From positions 2,107 to 66,106 of the forward strand of contig JAITMJ010000067.1 of NCBI GenBank assembly GCA_031277475.1: 64,000 nt of DNA, read 5' to 3'. Shown piece by piece: positions 16,974 to 25,357 of this stretch; the stretch's first letter is position 1; every line of letters starts with the position of its first letter. The notes under the pieces were generated by a model that saw nothing but the letters and a program-made list of their open reading frames with translations, was not told where the DNA came from and did not search any database. The DNA is from Flavobacteriaceae bacterium (GTDB taxonomy: Bacteria; Bacteroidota; Bacteroidia; Flavobacteriales; Weeksellaceae). Position numbers and translations under genes: made by a program.

Positions 16974-19900
16974 TTACTTTTCAATTATTTTAACCTCCTC
17001 CTCCGTCAACCCATACAACGCATAAACCAACCCATCAATCTCCTTATCCGTTGCTGAAATTTCAGCAGAAAGTTTGTTACATTCCGTTTTATATTCGTTA
17101 AAATAATCTTCCCATTCATCTTGTTGTTTAAGTGATAAGGCAAGGGGTTTAAACCCCTTGTTTGGTTTTTTCAATTCGACAAGGAATTGCGCAAAATCCA
17201 ATTTGTCGAAAGTTTCGAGTGCTTTGGTTATGACAGGGGGATTAATCCCCTTGTTAGTAGTGCCTGCAAAATTATCTGCCAATCTTCGCAAAAATTTTTG
17301 GCGTTTGGTTTGTAAACTAACAGACAAGTTTGCCCTATTTTTTGCCAATGGAACAAATTGTTCCTGAATTTCTTTTGGTGCTTTATAAATATATGTGTTT
17401 TGCAAATTTGGTGCAGAATACAATAAATATCCGCCCGACATTCTTAATCCATCAAACAAACATTCAAAAGTATAATTATACAATTTGGAATTTAACCAAC
17501 ACAAAACATATTCAGGCATAAAATCTTTATTGAAAGAGTGTATGCAATTTGTATTGATTGAGGCATATTCGCCAAATTCATCATAAAAAGATTCACAAGT
17601 TAATCCGATTTTAGCGATAATTATTTTTGAAGATGAGTATAATTTATGTCTATTTGAAGAAATTATATTTGAATCTTTTGGCAAAAATGGGTTCAAATAT
17701 TTTTTGCCTTTATCTACTAAATACGAAATTCCCCAATTATTGGAATAATCGTCAATTGTTCCTGTATTTATCAATTTATAACCTTCTATTTCATTGATTA
17801 AAGAAGAATAATCGTCTGCTTCTTTTGCCGTTGAAGTGGCATTTATCAAACCAACCTCTTTTAACGAGCAACTTTTTGCAATGACTTTTTGTGTAATTGG
17901 TAACTTATCGTTCAAAAGAAATCCCCATATAGAATCGTCAATCAAAGAAAGTTTATCTGAATTTGTTTTTTGAACAATCAGTTCTTTTGTTATTTCGTCA
18001 AACTTTCCACATTCAATTTCGTAAGACGAATTATTTTCGTTGTTTTTTAGAAATGTAATTACAGGATATGTTGAGGCATCGGGAAATACTTTTTTGTCTG
18101 AATAATCAATTAGTTGATACAAACAAAAATCAGTTTTTATAAATTCTCTCAATGCTAATCCATAACTCGCAGACAAAAAACGATTTGGAGTAATGTAAGA
18201 TAAACAGCCCGTTTTATTCATTAGCCATAATCCCCTTTCAAAGAAATAGATATATAAATCTACTGTTCCTTTTGCTGTAAAATAGTTATCTTTAAGATAA
18301 TTATATTCTTTTTCCGAATAAGTTTTTTTCAATTCAATTGCATTCACATACGGCGGATTTCCAATCACCACATCAAAGCCGCCTTTATATTCGGGGCGGA
18401 AAGCGTGTTCGATTGTACTGACAAGGGGATGAATCCCCATGTTATAGACGGAGAGATCAAGCGGTGGAAGTTCGTGTTTTATGCGGTTGTTTTCTATATA
18501 TTCTATCGTGTTGTAAAGTTGCTCATTATTCGTAATCTCCTTATAACCAAATTTTTGTGTCCAAAATGGCACACTACGTTCACCCTCTTTTTTGACAAGG
18601 GGATTAATCCCCTTGTTCTGGTTGCAAGCACGAGCCGTTCGACCTTTTATTTTTTTTACAATTTTATCTAATTCCTCTTCTTCACAAACCAAAAGAATAT
18701 GCAAATGGTCCCGACAGATATTATATGCCAACACATTTAAACCATCTTCTTTGACAATTTCGGCAATGGTTTTTGTAATAATAATTTCATCCTCCTCTGT
18801 CATAAATTGTGGGTCTGCATAGGCAAGGGGATTAATCCCCTTGTTATACTTGGCGCGCATCTCTCTCACTTTGTAATCAATCATTCGTTGTGAAGTTCGG
18901 CTATCGTGAATAGCCGTAGTAACGTGAAACGCTTTTTTGTCTTTTTGTTTAAACACTTGCGGAAATTCTTTGTGCCAATCGAAGGCTTTTTCGATTTCTT
19001 CTATTCCCTCTGACAAGGGGTTTAAACCCCTTGTTAAACCTCTTGCCGTTGGTGCAATCAATGAATTTCCACATTTTATATTGTGGCTCAGCGAGTTGAG
19101 TTTTCGGTTCGGTTTTGCAGTTCGCAACCACAACGAAAGTCGGGCAATTTCTACACTTTCGTCGTTTATATCCACGCCGTAAAGGTTGTTTTCCAAAATG
19201 GCGTTTTCGATATTTGGAAAAACAATGCTGCTATCCAACAATTTTGCCGTCATCTCGTCAATCAACTTATGCTCTGTCATCAGGAAGTCAAGCGCGGCGT
19301 TGAGAAAAGCACCACTTCCGCACGCGGGGTCGCAAATAGTAAGCGAGAGTAGCCACGAGCGGTAAGTTTCGAGTTTGTCGTTCAGTTTCTTCTTGGTTTC
19401 TTTTTGTCGTTTTTTATCAGCAAAATATTCCTGTTCGTCAATTTCGAGTTCTGCTTTTTTGTCGGCACAAAGTTTACCGATTGTATTTTCCACAATATAA
19501 GCCGTAATGTAACGCGGAGTGTAGAAAACGCCATCTTTTTTGCGTTTTGAAATTTTCTCTTTCTCTGACAAGGGGTTTAACAAGGGGTTTAAACCCCTTG
19601 TTAATTCCGCAGAAATTTCCTCAATCTCAGTCAGCGAATTTTCAAAAATATGTCCGAGAATATTGACATCTATTTCACTTTTGAAATCGTAATCGGCAAG
19701 TTTTAAAGAATGTTTACGCAAAATTTCGTCGGAAACTACAATATTGTCGAGTATTTCATCGGGCTCAAAAAGTCCGCCGTTGTAGGCAAAAATATCGTGT
19801 TTTTTGCCTTTGTATCCGGTGTTTAAGTAACCAAAATATTTTTTGAAACGCTCGTAAAGTGGAAAATAAGCATCGTTATCTTTAAGCAATTCCCATTGTT

Positions 19901-20699
19901 TTATAATTTCTACAACGGAATTTGGCGGAAGCAAATCGCCGTCTTCGGCAAAGAAAATAAAGAGTAAGCGGTCGAGCAATTTTTGCGTTTTTTTGAATAA
20001 AACAAGGGCATCGACACCAACATCAACAAGGGGATTAATCCCCTTGTTATGCTCTTTCATATCGGCAAACAAATCGCGTTTAAAATTTGAATAATCTTTG
20101 TAAAGTTGGCGAGTAATTTGGTCTTCTTTGCTTACCGATTCGTTTTTCAGTTGTTTTGGCAAATTCGCAGCGATATTTTCGTAAGCCAAGCAAATCCACA
20201 ACAGTGCAAAATCATTTTCCGAGAGTGTAAAAAGATTAAATTCCACAAAATCAATCGTATTCTCAATGTAAAACCGTAATTTCTCAAAATTGGAAATCAC
20301 AACATACGAGGCTTTTCTGTGGTTGTTTTTATAGCCAAAAGCCTGTGTTTCAATGTTTTTTAGGTCGGATGTTTTTGTATCTTTCAGTTCAATCACGCCA
20401 ATCACTTCGCCATTAACCAAAATTGCGCCATCGGCTTTTTTGGAGTTGGTTTCATTTTTTTGTTCGGTAATAAGGTTGAAATTTGGAGTCGGATTGAGTG
20501 TATAACCCAATATTTTTACAAACAATTCACGCAAAAATCCTTCTTGAAATTGTTCTTCTTTTGAATTTCGGATATTTTCTTGAATAGTAACATCTTGAAA
20601 ATAAGCAACATACAATTTATATGCAATAGTGATTTTACCCGCGTTAGCGGCCATTTGCTTTTTTAAAATGGTATGTTGAAAGAGGCTCAAAATAGACAA
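16974..20699 (-). CDS. MmeI/Eco57I-like single-chain Type IIG restriction endonuclease / N6-adenine DNA methyltransferase, carrying an in-frame HUH-transposase insert and eight in-frame palindromic elements
   Basis: Landmarks in order: PD-(D/E)XK nuclease (ADGAILVNGEVIGVIELKDTK), LLFIFFAED, FYTPRYI, motif I ICDPACGSGAFL, CGNSLI, FDWHKEFPQVF, motif IV GGFDVVIGNPPYV, a TaqI_C-like specificity region, and the tail IDGLVYALYGLTEEEVKIIE. The 1241 codons are uninterrupted. Confidence 0.9.
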   Translation of the reverse strand: MSILSLFQHTILKKQMAANAGKITIAYKLYVAYFQDVTIQENIRNSKEEQFQEGFLRELFVKILGYTLNPTPNFNLITEQKNETNSKKADGAILVNGEVIGVIELKDTKTSDLKNIETQAFGYKNNHRKASYVVISNFEKLRFYIENTIDFVEFNLFTLSENDFALLWICLAYENIAANLPKQLKNESVSKEDQITRQLYKDYSNFKRDLFADMKEHNKGINPLVDVGVDALVLFKKTQKLLDRLLFIFFAEDGDLLPPNSVVEIIKQWELLKDNDAYFPLYERFKKYFGYLNTGYKGKKHDIFAYNGGLFEPDEILDNIVVSDEILRKHSLKLADYDFKSEIDVNILGHIFENSLTEIEEISAELTRGLNPLLNPLSEKEKISKRKKDGVFYTPRYITAYIVENTIGKLCADKKAELEIDEQEYFADKKRQKETKKKLNDKLETYRSWLLSLTICDPACGSGAFLNAALDFLMTEHKLIDEMTAKLLDSSIVFPNIENAILENNLYGVDINDESVEIARLSLWLRTAKPNRKLNSLSHNIKCGNSLIAPTARGLTRGLNPLSEGIEEIEKAFDWHKEFPQVFKQKDKKAFHVTTAIHDSRTSQRMIDYKVREMRAKYNKGINPLAYADPQFMTEEDEIIITKTIAEIVKEDGLNVLAYNICRDHLHILLVCEEEELDKIVKKIKGRTARACNQNKGINPLVKKEGERSVPFWTQKFGYKEITNNEQLYNTIEYIENNRIKHELPPLDLSVYNMGIHPLVSTIEHAFRPEYKGGFDVVIGNPPYVNAIELKKTYSEKEYNYLKDNYFTAKGTVDLYIYFFERGLWLMNKTGCLSYITPNRFLSASYGLALREFIKTDFCLYQLIDYSDKKVFPDASTYPVITFLKNNENNSSYEIECGKFDEITKELIVQKTNSDKLSLIDDSIWGFLLNDKLPITQKVIAKSCSLKEVGLINATSTAKEADDYSSLINEIEGYKLINTGTIDDYSNNWGISYLVDKGKKYLNPFLPKDSNIISSNRHKLYSSSKIIIAKIGLTCESFYDEFGEYASINTNCIHSFNKDFMPEYVLCWLNSKLYNYTFECLFDGLRMSGGYLLYSAPNLQNTYIYKAPKEIQEQFVPLAKNRANLSVSLQTKRQKFLRRLADNFAGTTNKGINPPVITKALETFDKLDFAQFLVELKKPNKGFKPLALSLKQQDEWEDYFNEYKTECNKLSAEISATDKEIDGLVYALYGLTEEEVKIIEK
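17141..17160. repeat. REP-like perfect palindrome, TTTAAA type (CAAGGGGTTTAAACCCCTTG)
   Basis: Self-complementary 20-mer, read as NKGFKPLA in the host ORF. Confidence 0.95.
17232..17255. repeat. REP-like palindrome, ATTAAT type, one substitution
   Basis: GACAGGGGGATTAATCCCCTTGTT, read as NKGINPPV. Confidence 0.9.
18420..18443. repeat. REP-like palindrome, degenerate ATTAAT type (two substitutions), at the distal junction of the transposase insert
   Basis: GACAAGGGGATGAATCCCCATGTT, read as NMGIHPLV. Confidence 0.8.
18595..18616. repeat. REP-like perfect palindrome, ATTAAT type (ACAAGGGGATTAATCCCCTTGT), inside the transposase domain
   Basis: Self-complementary 22-mer, read as NKGINPLV between the IKGR and FWTQ motifs. 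Confidence 0.95.
18824..18843. repeat. REP-like perfect palindrome, ATTAAT type (CAAGGGGATTAATCCCCTTG), inside the transposase domain
   Basis: Self-complementary 20-mer, read as NKGINPLA between the first Y1 motif and HUH. Confidence 0.95.
19013..19046. repeat. REP-like perfect palindrome, TTTAAA type (ACAAGGGGTTTAAACCCCTTGT), plus adjacent degenerate half site
   Basis: The full copy is at 19013-19034 and the half-site-like TTAAACCTCTTG at 19035-19046. Together they are read as ARGLTRGLNPLS. Confidence 0.9.
19569..19601. repeat. REP-like perfect palindrome, TTTAAA type, plus duplicated half site
   Basis: The plus strand reads CAAGGGGTTTAA + CAAGGGGTTTAAACCCCTTGT, translated as TRGLNPLLNPL. 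Confidence 0.9.
20025..20048. repeat. REP-like perfect palindrome, ATTAAT type, longest copy (AACAAGGGGATTAATCCCCTTGTT)
   Basis: Self-complementary 24-mer, read as NKGINPLV. Confidence 0.95.
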
Positions 20700-20765
20700 C
20701 GTTTTTACATCTCAAAGGTACGTTTTTTCAAAAAAAATTACGAATGGATTTGTGTATTCTTTTTT

Positions 20766-23213
20766 TCAACTCTTCACATAAATCCGTTTCACGCGTCTCG
20801 AAATGGAGGTTAGAACTTCGTAAGGTATTGTTTTACAATATTCTGCAAACTCTTCCAACGTTGGTTTTGAGTTGAAAAGAATCACCTCGTCGCCTTCTTT
20901 TGCATCCGGATTTCTGAGATCTATCATCATCATATCCATACAAACGTTCCCGACAATCGGTGCCAAATGTCCGTTTATGCCTACATTTCCGCGTTTATTT
21001 CCGATTAATCTCGGAATGCCGTCGGCGTAACCAACAGGAATTGTGGCGATTAAGGTTTTTTCGGCGGCTCGAAATTTTCGGTTGTAGCCCACAGAATCGC
21101 CGCTTGAAATTTCCGAAATCTGCGAAATCACCGTTTTAAAACAAACCGCATTTTGAAGTTGATTTTTAATCTCGGAACTGCTCGAAACGCCGACCATTCC
21201 TATGCCAATTCGCACCATATCAAATTGATAATCAACGAAATTCGTGATTCCCGAGGAATTGAGAATGTGCCGAATCGGTTTGTAATTTAAACCCGAAATC
21301 AGTTTTTCCGAATTTTCCTCGAAACGTTTGATTTGGCTCAACGTATAATCGCGCTCCAAAACGTCGTCTGCCGAGGAAAGATGACTGAAAACCGACTTCA
21401 CTTCCACATTGCAATTTTTCAGTTTTCGGGCGAGTTCGTCAATCTCAAAACCTTGAAAACCAAGCCGATGCATTCCTGTTTCCAATTTGATGTGGATGGG
21501 ATATTTTCCGCTGAATCCTTTTTGTTTCAGTTGTTCCTCAAAAAGTTCCAAAACGCGAAAACTGTAAATTTCAGGCTCGAGATTGTAGTCGATAATCGCG
21601 TTGTAACTGTGTTGTTCGGGATTCATCACCATTATCGGAACCGTGATTCCATTTTTTCGCAAATCTACGCCTTCATCGGAATACGCAACTCCCAGATAAT
21701 CAATATGATGATGCTGTAAAAACTCCGCAATTTCATAGCCGCCCAAACCGTAGGAATAGGCTTTCACCATTGCCATCATTTTGGTTTCGGGTTTCAGCAA
21801 AGCCTTATGAACATTGATGTTGTGGAGAATTGCGTTTAAATTGACCTCCAAAACGGTGTCGTGTTTTTGGAGTTCGAGTTCGGTTTTTACTTTTTCGATT
21901 TCAAATTTTCTCGCGCCTTTCAAGAGAACCAATTCGTTTTCAATTTGGTTAATGATTTGATTTTTAATGAATTGCTCCGTATTATCGAAAGTAAAAGTTT
22001 CGGTTTTGAAAAGGCGAGCGTATTTTGTGATTTCCGCGCCGATTAAAATAATTTTGTCGAAATGCTGTTCGTTGGTCAGTTCGGCGACTTCGCGATAAAG
22101 TTCTTCGGGATTTTTAGATTCGACAAAATCTGTGATAATCAGCGTTTTTTTCGGTTTGTTGTATTCTTTTATAAACTGAAAAGCGATGGACAAAGAATCC
22201 AAATCGAGGTTAAAAGAATCGTTGATAATCAAATTGTTGCGAACGCCGTTCACGCTTTCCAACCGCATTTCCACAGATTTCAGCGCATTGATTTTTTCTA
22301 CCGCTTTTTGATTTTCAAAACCGAAAAACTTCAAAATCGAAAGCACACAAAGTGCGTTGCTCAGCGTTGCTTCATCCCTTTGCTGAACGGGAAACGAGAT
22401 TTCTTCACCAAAAAAATCAACCGTAATGTCAATGTTTCTGTTGCCCCAATCGGATTTCAAGAAAACATCATTCCAAGGGTTCAATCCGTAGGAAATCAAG
22501 TTTTTATCTGAAAACTTTTGTTTTATTTTATTGAAAACCAACATATTATCTCCATTAAAAATAATGCTTTCCGAATCTTTAAACAGCAATATTTTTTCAT
22601 CAATTAATTCTTCTTCGTTTTTAAAATTTGCGGCGTGAGCAGAACCGATGTGCGTTAAAACCCCGATTCTCGGCTGAAAAATCCCTTCCAATTTTTCCAT
22701 TTCGCCGGGTTTTGAAATCCCGACTTCGAAAATTCCCAAATTATGATTTCCATTGATTTGCAGAAGCGAAAGCGGCAGCCCCAACTGCGAATTGAAACTT
22801 TTCGGGCTTTTCACGATTTTGAAATCGTCTGCCAAACTTTGGTAGAGCCATTCTTTCACGATGGTTTTGCCGTTGCTTCCCGTAATTCCGATGGTTTTCA
22901 GGTCGGGAAATTGCCGCAGATGAAACGTTGCCAGCCGATGCAAAAAATCTATGGAATTTTTAGTGATGATTTGTGTAACATTCTCAAAATCAGGGAAATA
23001 TTTTTCGGAAATAATGATGCCGATTCCTTTTTCAATGGCAGACGGAATATATTTTTCCCCCGAATTTTTTGAAGTTCGGATTGCCAAAAACGCCGTTTTA
23101 TTCGCAGAATAGATGTTCCTGCTGTCGAAAGCGATATTTTTTACTTGAAGTTCGGGATTTCCAAAAACTTCAGAATCGGTGATTTCTGCGAGTTGTTTTG
23201 CGGTGTAGTTCAT
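20766..23213 (-). CDS. bifunctional UDP-N-acetylmuramoyl-tripeptide--D-alanyl-D-alanine ligase / alanine racemase
   Basis: The N-terminal half is a Mur ligase (GITGSNGKT). The C-terminal half is an alanine racemase (PLP-Lys context MVKAYSYGLG). I prefer the ATG at 23213 (MNYTAKQLAEI), which removes the overlap with uvrC. Confidence 0.93.
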   Translation of the reverse strand: MNYTAKQLAEITDSEVFGNPELQVKNIAFDSRNIYSANKTAFLAIRTSKNSGEKYIPSAIEKGIGIIISEKYFPDFENVTQIITKNSIDFLHRLATFHLRQFPDLKTIGITGSNGKTIVKEWLYQSLADDFKIVKSPKSFNSQLGLPLSLLQINGNHNLGIFEVGISKPGEMEKLEGIFQPRIGVLTHIGSAHAANFKNEEELIDEKILLFKDSESIIFNGDNMLVFNKIKQKFSDKNLISYGLNPWNDVFLKSDWGNRNIDITVDFFGEEISFPVQQRDEATLSNALCVLSILKFFGFENQKAVEKINALKSVEMRLESVNGVRNNLIINDSFNLDLDSLSIAFQFIKEYNKPKKTLIITDFVESKNPEELYREVAELTNEQHFDKIILIGAEITKYARLFKTETFTFDNTEQFIKNQIINQIENELVLLKGARKFEIEKVKTELELQKHDTVLEVNLNAILHNINVHKALLKPETKMMAMVKAYSYGLGGYEIAEFLQHHHIDYLGVAYSDEGVDLRKNGITVPIMVMNPEQHSYNAIIDYNLEPEIYSFRVLELFEEQLKQKGFSGKYPIHIKLETGMHRLGFQGFEIDELARKLKNCNVEVKSVFSHLSSADDVLERDYTLSQIKRFEENSEKLISGLNYKPIRHILNSSGITNFVDYQFDMVRIGIGMVGVSSSSEIKNQLQNAVCFKTVISQISEISSGDSVGYNRKFRAAEKTLIATIPVGYADGIPRLIGNKRGNVGINGHLAPIVGNVCMDMMMIDLRNPDAKEGDEVILFNSKPTLEEFAEYCKTIPYEVLTSISRRVKRIYVKS

Positions 23214-23263
23214 GGCGAGATTCAAAGGTAAAGATTTTTTTAGAATCGAAAAGCCCAAAATCC

Positions 23264-25057
23264 TCAGCCTGCCGCAAAATATTCCCAAATTATTTTGGCT
23301 TTCTTTTTCCCGACGATTTCTTCTAATGTCGCGAGTTCAGCTTCTTTGATGCGCTTCACGGATTTTAATTTTTGCAAAAGCAATTCGACTGTTTTTTCGC
23401 CAACGCCGGAAATATCTTCCAATTCGGATTGCAAGGTTGCGTTTTTTCTTCTGGTTTGATGGTGTTTCACGCCGAATCTGTGGGCTTCGTCTCGCACGCG
23501 CTGCAAGATTTTCAGCGTTTCGGATTTTTTATCCAAATAAAGCGGAACCGAATCTTCCGGAAAATAGAGTTCTTCCAAGCGTTTTGCAATTCCGATAATG
23601 GTGATTTTCCCGTAGATTCCGAGCAATTTCAAACTTTTTACGGCAGACGAAAGTTGGCCTTTTCCGCCGTCGATTAAAATCAGTTGCGGAAGTTCGCCGT
23701 CTTCCTCTAAAATTCGGGAATATCGCCGCAAAATTACTTCTTCCATCGTTGCAAAATCATTGGCACCGACCACCGTTTTCGGATGAAAAATTCGATAATC
23801 GTCTTTGCTCGGTTTTCCGTCTTTGAAAACCACACACGCCGAAACGGGATTGGTTCCTTGAATATTGGAATTGTCAAAACCCTCGATATGTCGCGGTTCC
23901 ACAGGCATTCTCAAAAGTTTTTGCATTTCCGCCATAATTCTGTTCGTGTGCCGATCCGGATCTATGATTTGAATTTGCTTTAATTTTTCCAAACGGTATT
24001 CTTTGGCGTTTTTTTCGGAGAGTTCCACGATTCTTTTTTTGTCGCCCATTTTCGGAACAAAAGTTTTTATATTCGGAATTTCTACGGAAATGGGGAACGG
24101 CAGAAGGATTTCTTTAGAATCCGAATTGAATTTTCGGCGAATTTCCACCATTGTTTTTTCCAAAATATCCTCGTCGGTTTCCGCCAAAACTTTCTTGATT
24201 TCCGTGGTGTAACTTTGGATGATGTTTCCGTTTCGGATTTTAAAAAAATTCACATAAGCCGAGGTTTCATCGCTCGTCATTCCGAAAACATCCACATCGT
24301 CAATATTCGGATTTACGACGGTGTGTTTTGCCTGATAATCTTCCAACGCCTCCAAACGTTCCTTCACAAAATGGGCGTTTTCAAACTCCAATTTTCCCGA
24401 ATACAGCAGCATTTCTTCCGTTAAATATTTTTTCGCCGGAGCAAAATCGCCTTTGATGATTCCGCGAATGGCATCTATATTTTTATCGTAGTTTTCCTTT
24501 GTTTCCAACCCTTCGCAAGCACCGTTGCAATTTTTGATGTGATATTCCAAACAGACTTTGTATTTTTTTTCGGCAATTTTTTCGGGCGCGAGATTTAGGT
24601 TGCAAGTTCGGATTTTGTATATGTTTTTAATGATTTCCAATAAAATTTTTGCGGGTCTCACTTTGGCGTAAGGTCCGTAGTATTCCGAGCCGTCTTTTAT
24701 GATTTTTCTGGTGAGGAAAATTCGCGGAAAGGCTTCATTTTTAATGCAAATCCACGGAAAAGATTTGTCGTCTTTCATCATAATATTGTAGAGCGGCTGA
24801 TATTCTTTGATGAGATTATTTTCCAAAAGAAGCGCATCATATTCGCTGGGAACAATCGTGGTTTCCAAGCGGTGAATTTTCCGTACCATAATTTGGATTC
24901 GATATCCCGAAAGATTTTTATTGAAATACGAAAGCACTCGTTTTTTCAAATCTTTGGCTTTCCCGACGTAGAGCAAATCACCGTTTTTATTGTAGTAGCG
25001 GTAAACTCCGGGTTCGGAAGGCAGCGTTTTGAGTTGGAGTTCGAGTTCGGGATTCAT
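23264..25057 (-). CDS. uvrC: excinuclease ABC subunit C
   Basis: 597 aa with a GIY-YIG N-terminus (GVYRYYNKNGDLLYVGKA), a UvrB-interacting region, an endonuclease domain and a C-terminal HhH (GVGEKTVELLL). Confidence 0.97.
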   Translation of the reverse strand: MNPELELQLKTLPSEPGVYRYYNKNGDLLYVGKAKDLKKRVLSYFNKNLSGYRIQIMVRKIHRLETTIVPSEYDALLLENNLIKEYQPLYNIMMKDDKSFPWICIKNEAFPRIFLTRKIIKDGSEYYGPYAKVRPAKILLEIIKNIYKIRTCNLNLAPEKIAEKKYKVCLEYHIKNCNGACEGLETKENYDKNIDAIRGIIKGDFAPAKKYLTEEMLLYSGKLEFENAHFVKERLEALEDYQAKHTVVNPNIDDVDVFGMTSDETSAYVNFFKIRNGNIIQSYTTEIKKVLAETDEDILEKTMVEIRRKFNSDSKEILLPFPISVEIPNIKTFVPKMGDKKRIVELSEKNAKEYRLEKLKQIQIIDPDRHTNRIMAEMQKLLRMPVEPRHIEGFDNSNIQGTNPVSACVVFKDGKPSKDDYRIFHPKTVVGANDFATMEEVILRRYSRILEEDGELPQLILIDGGKGQLSSAVKSLKLLGIYGKITIIGIAKRLEELYFPEDSVPLYLDKKSETLKILQRVRDEAHRFGVKHHQTRRKNATLQSELEDISGVGEKTVELLLQKLKSVKRIKEAELATLEEIVGKKKAKIIWEYFAAG

Positions 25058-25325
25058 TTTTAAATTAAATTAAAGCAAATTTAATTAAACGGAGTAAAAG
25101 TAAAAGCGAAGTAATTGAGAAATCGATAATTTGTTTTTACTTTTGGTTTCTCAATCATAAGTACGGATAATAGTTTCGGGTTTTAATTCGTAATCCATCC
25201 TAATAGAAAATGTAAGTTTAAGTACACTGTTTTCCCATTAATTTCAGTAGGTTAAGTTTATTTTCTTTGTTTTTGATTCATTGGAAATCGGGGTAAATAT
25301 TACTTTTTTTCTTGTGCCTTTTCCT

Positions 25326-25333
25326 TACCTTTG
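25326..25333 (+). promoter_or_regulatory. Bacteroidota-type -7 promoter box TACCTTTG upstream of ugd
   Basis: Matches TAnnTTTG followed by CA. It lies 24 nt upstream of the start codon at 25358. Confidence 0.5.
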
Positions 25334-25357
25334 CACAGATTTTAAAAACCTCAAATC

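Larger units (their letters stand above)
18462..18929 (-). mobile_element. HUH/Y1 transposase domain (RAYT / IS200-like TnpA), fused in-frame within the Type IIG gene (aa 591-746)
   Basis: The Y1 motifs occur in order: FHVTTAIHDSR; HUH DHLHILLV (18699-18707); IKGRTAR; FWTQKFGYKEI; and the Tyr motif YIENNRIKH (Tyr codon 18498-18500). The domain has no start or stop codon of its own. Confidence 0.75.

Noticed and set aside
18226-18240. Possible ninth, half-site relic of the palindrome (ATAATCCCCTTTC, read as ERGLW)
   Set aside because: Only about 10 nt resemble one arm and no partner arm is present. This is indistinguishable from chance.
18405-19352. Plus-strand ORFs crossing the palindromes (for example 18405-18671, 18592-18822, 18937-19182) as possible antisense genes of the island
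   Set aside because: They exist because the palindromes are open on both strands (..GLIPL.. / ..KGINPL..). They are short, lie opposite a strongly supported gene and have no features of their own.
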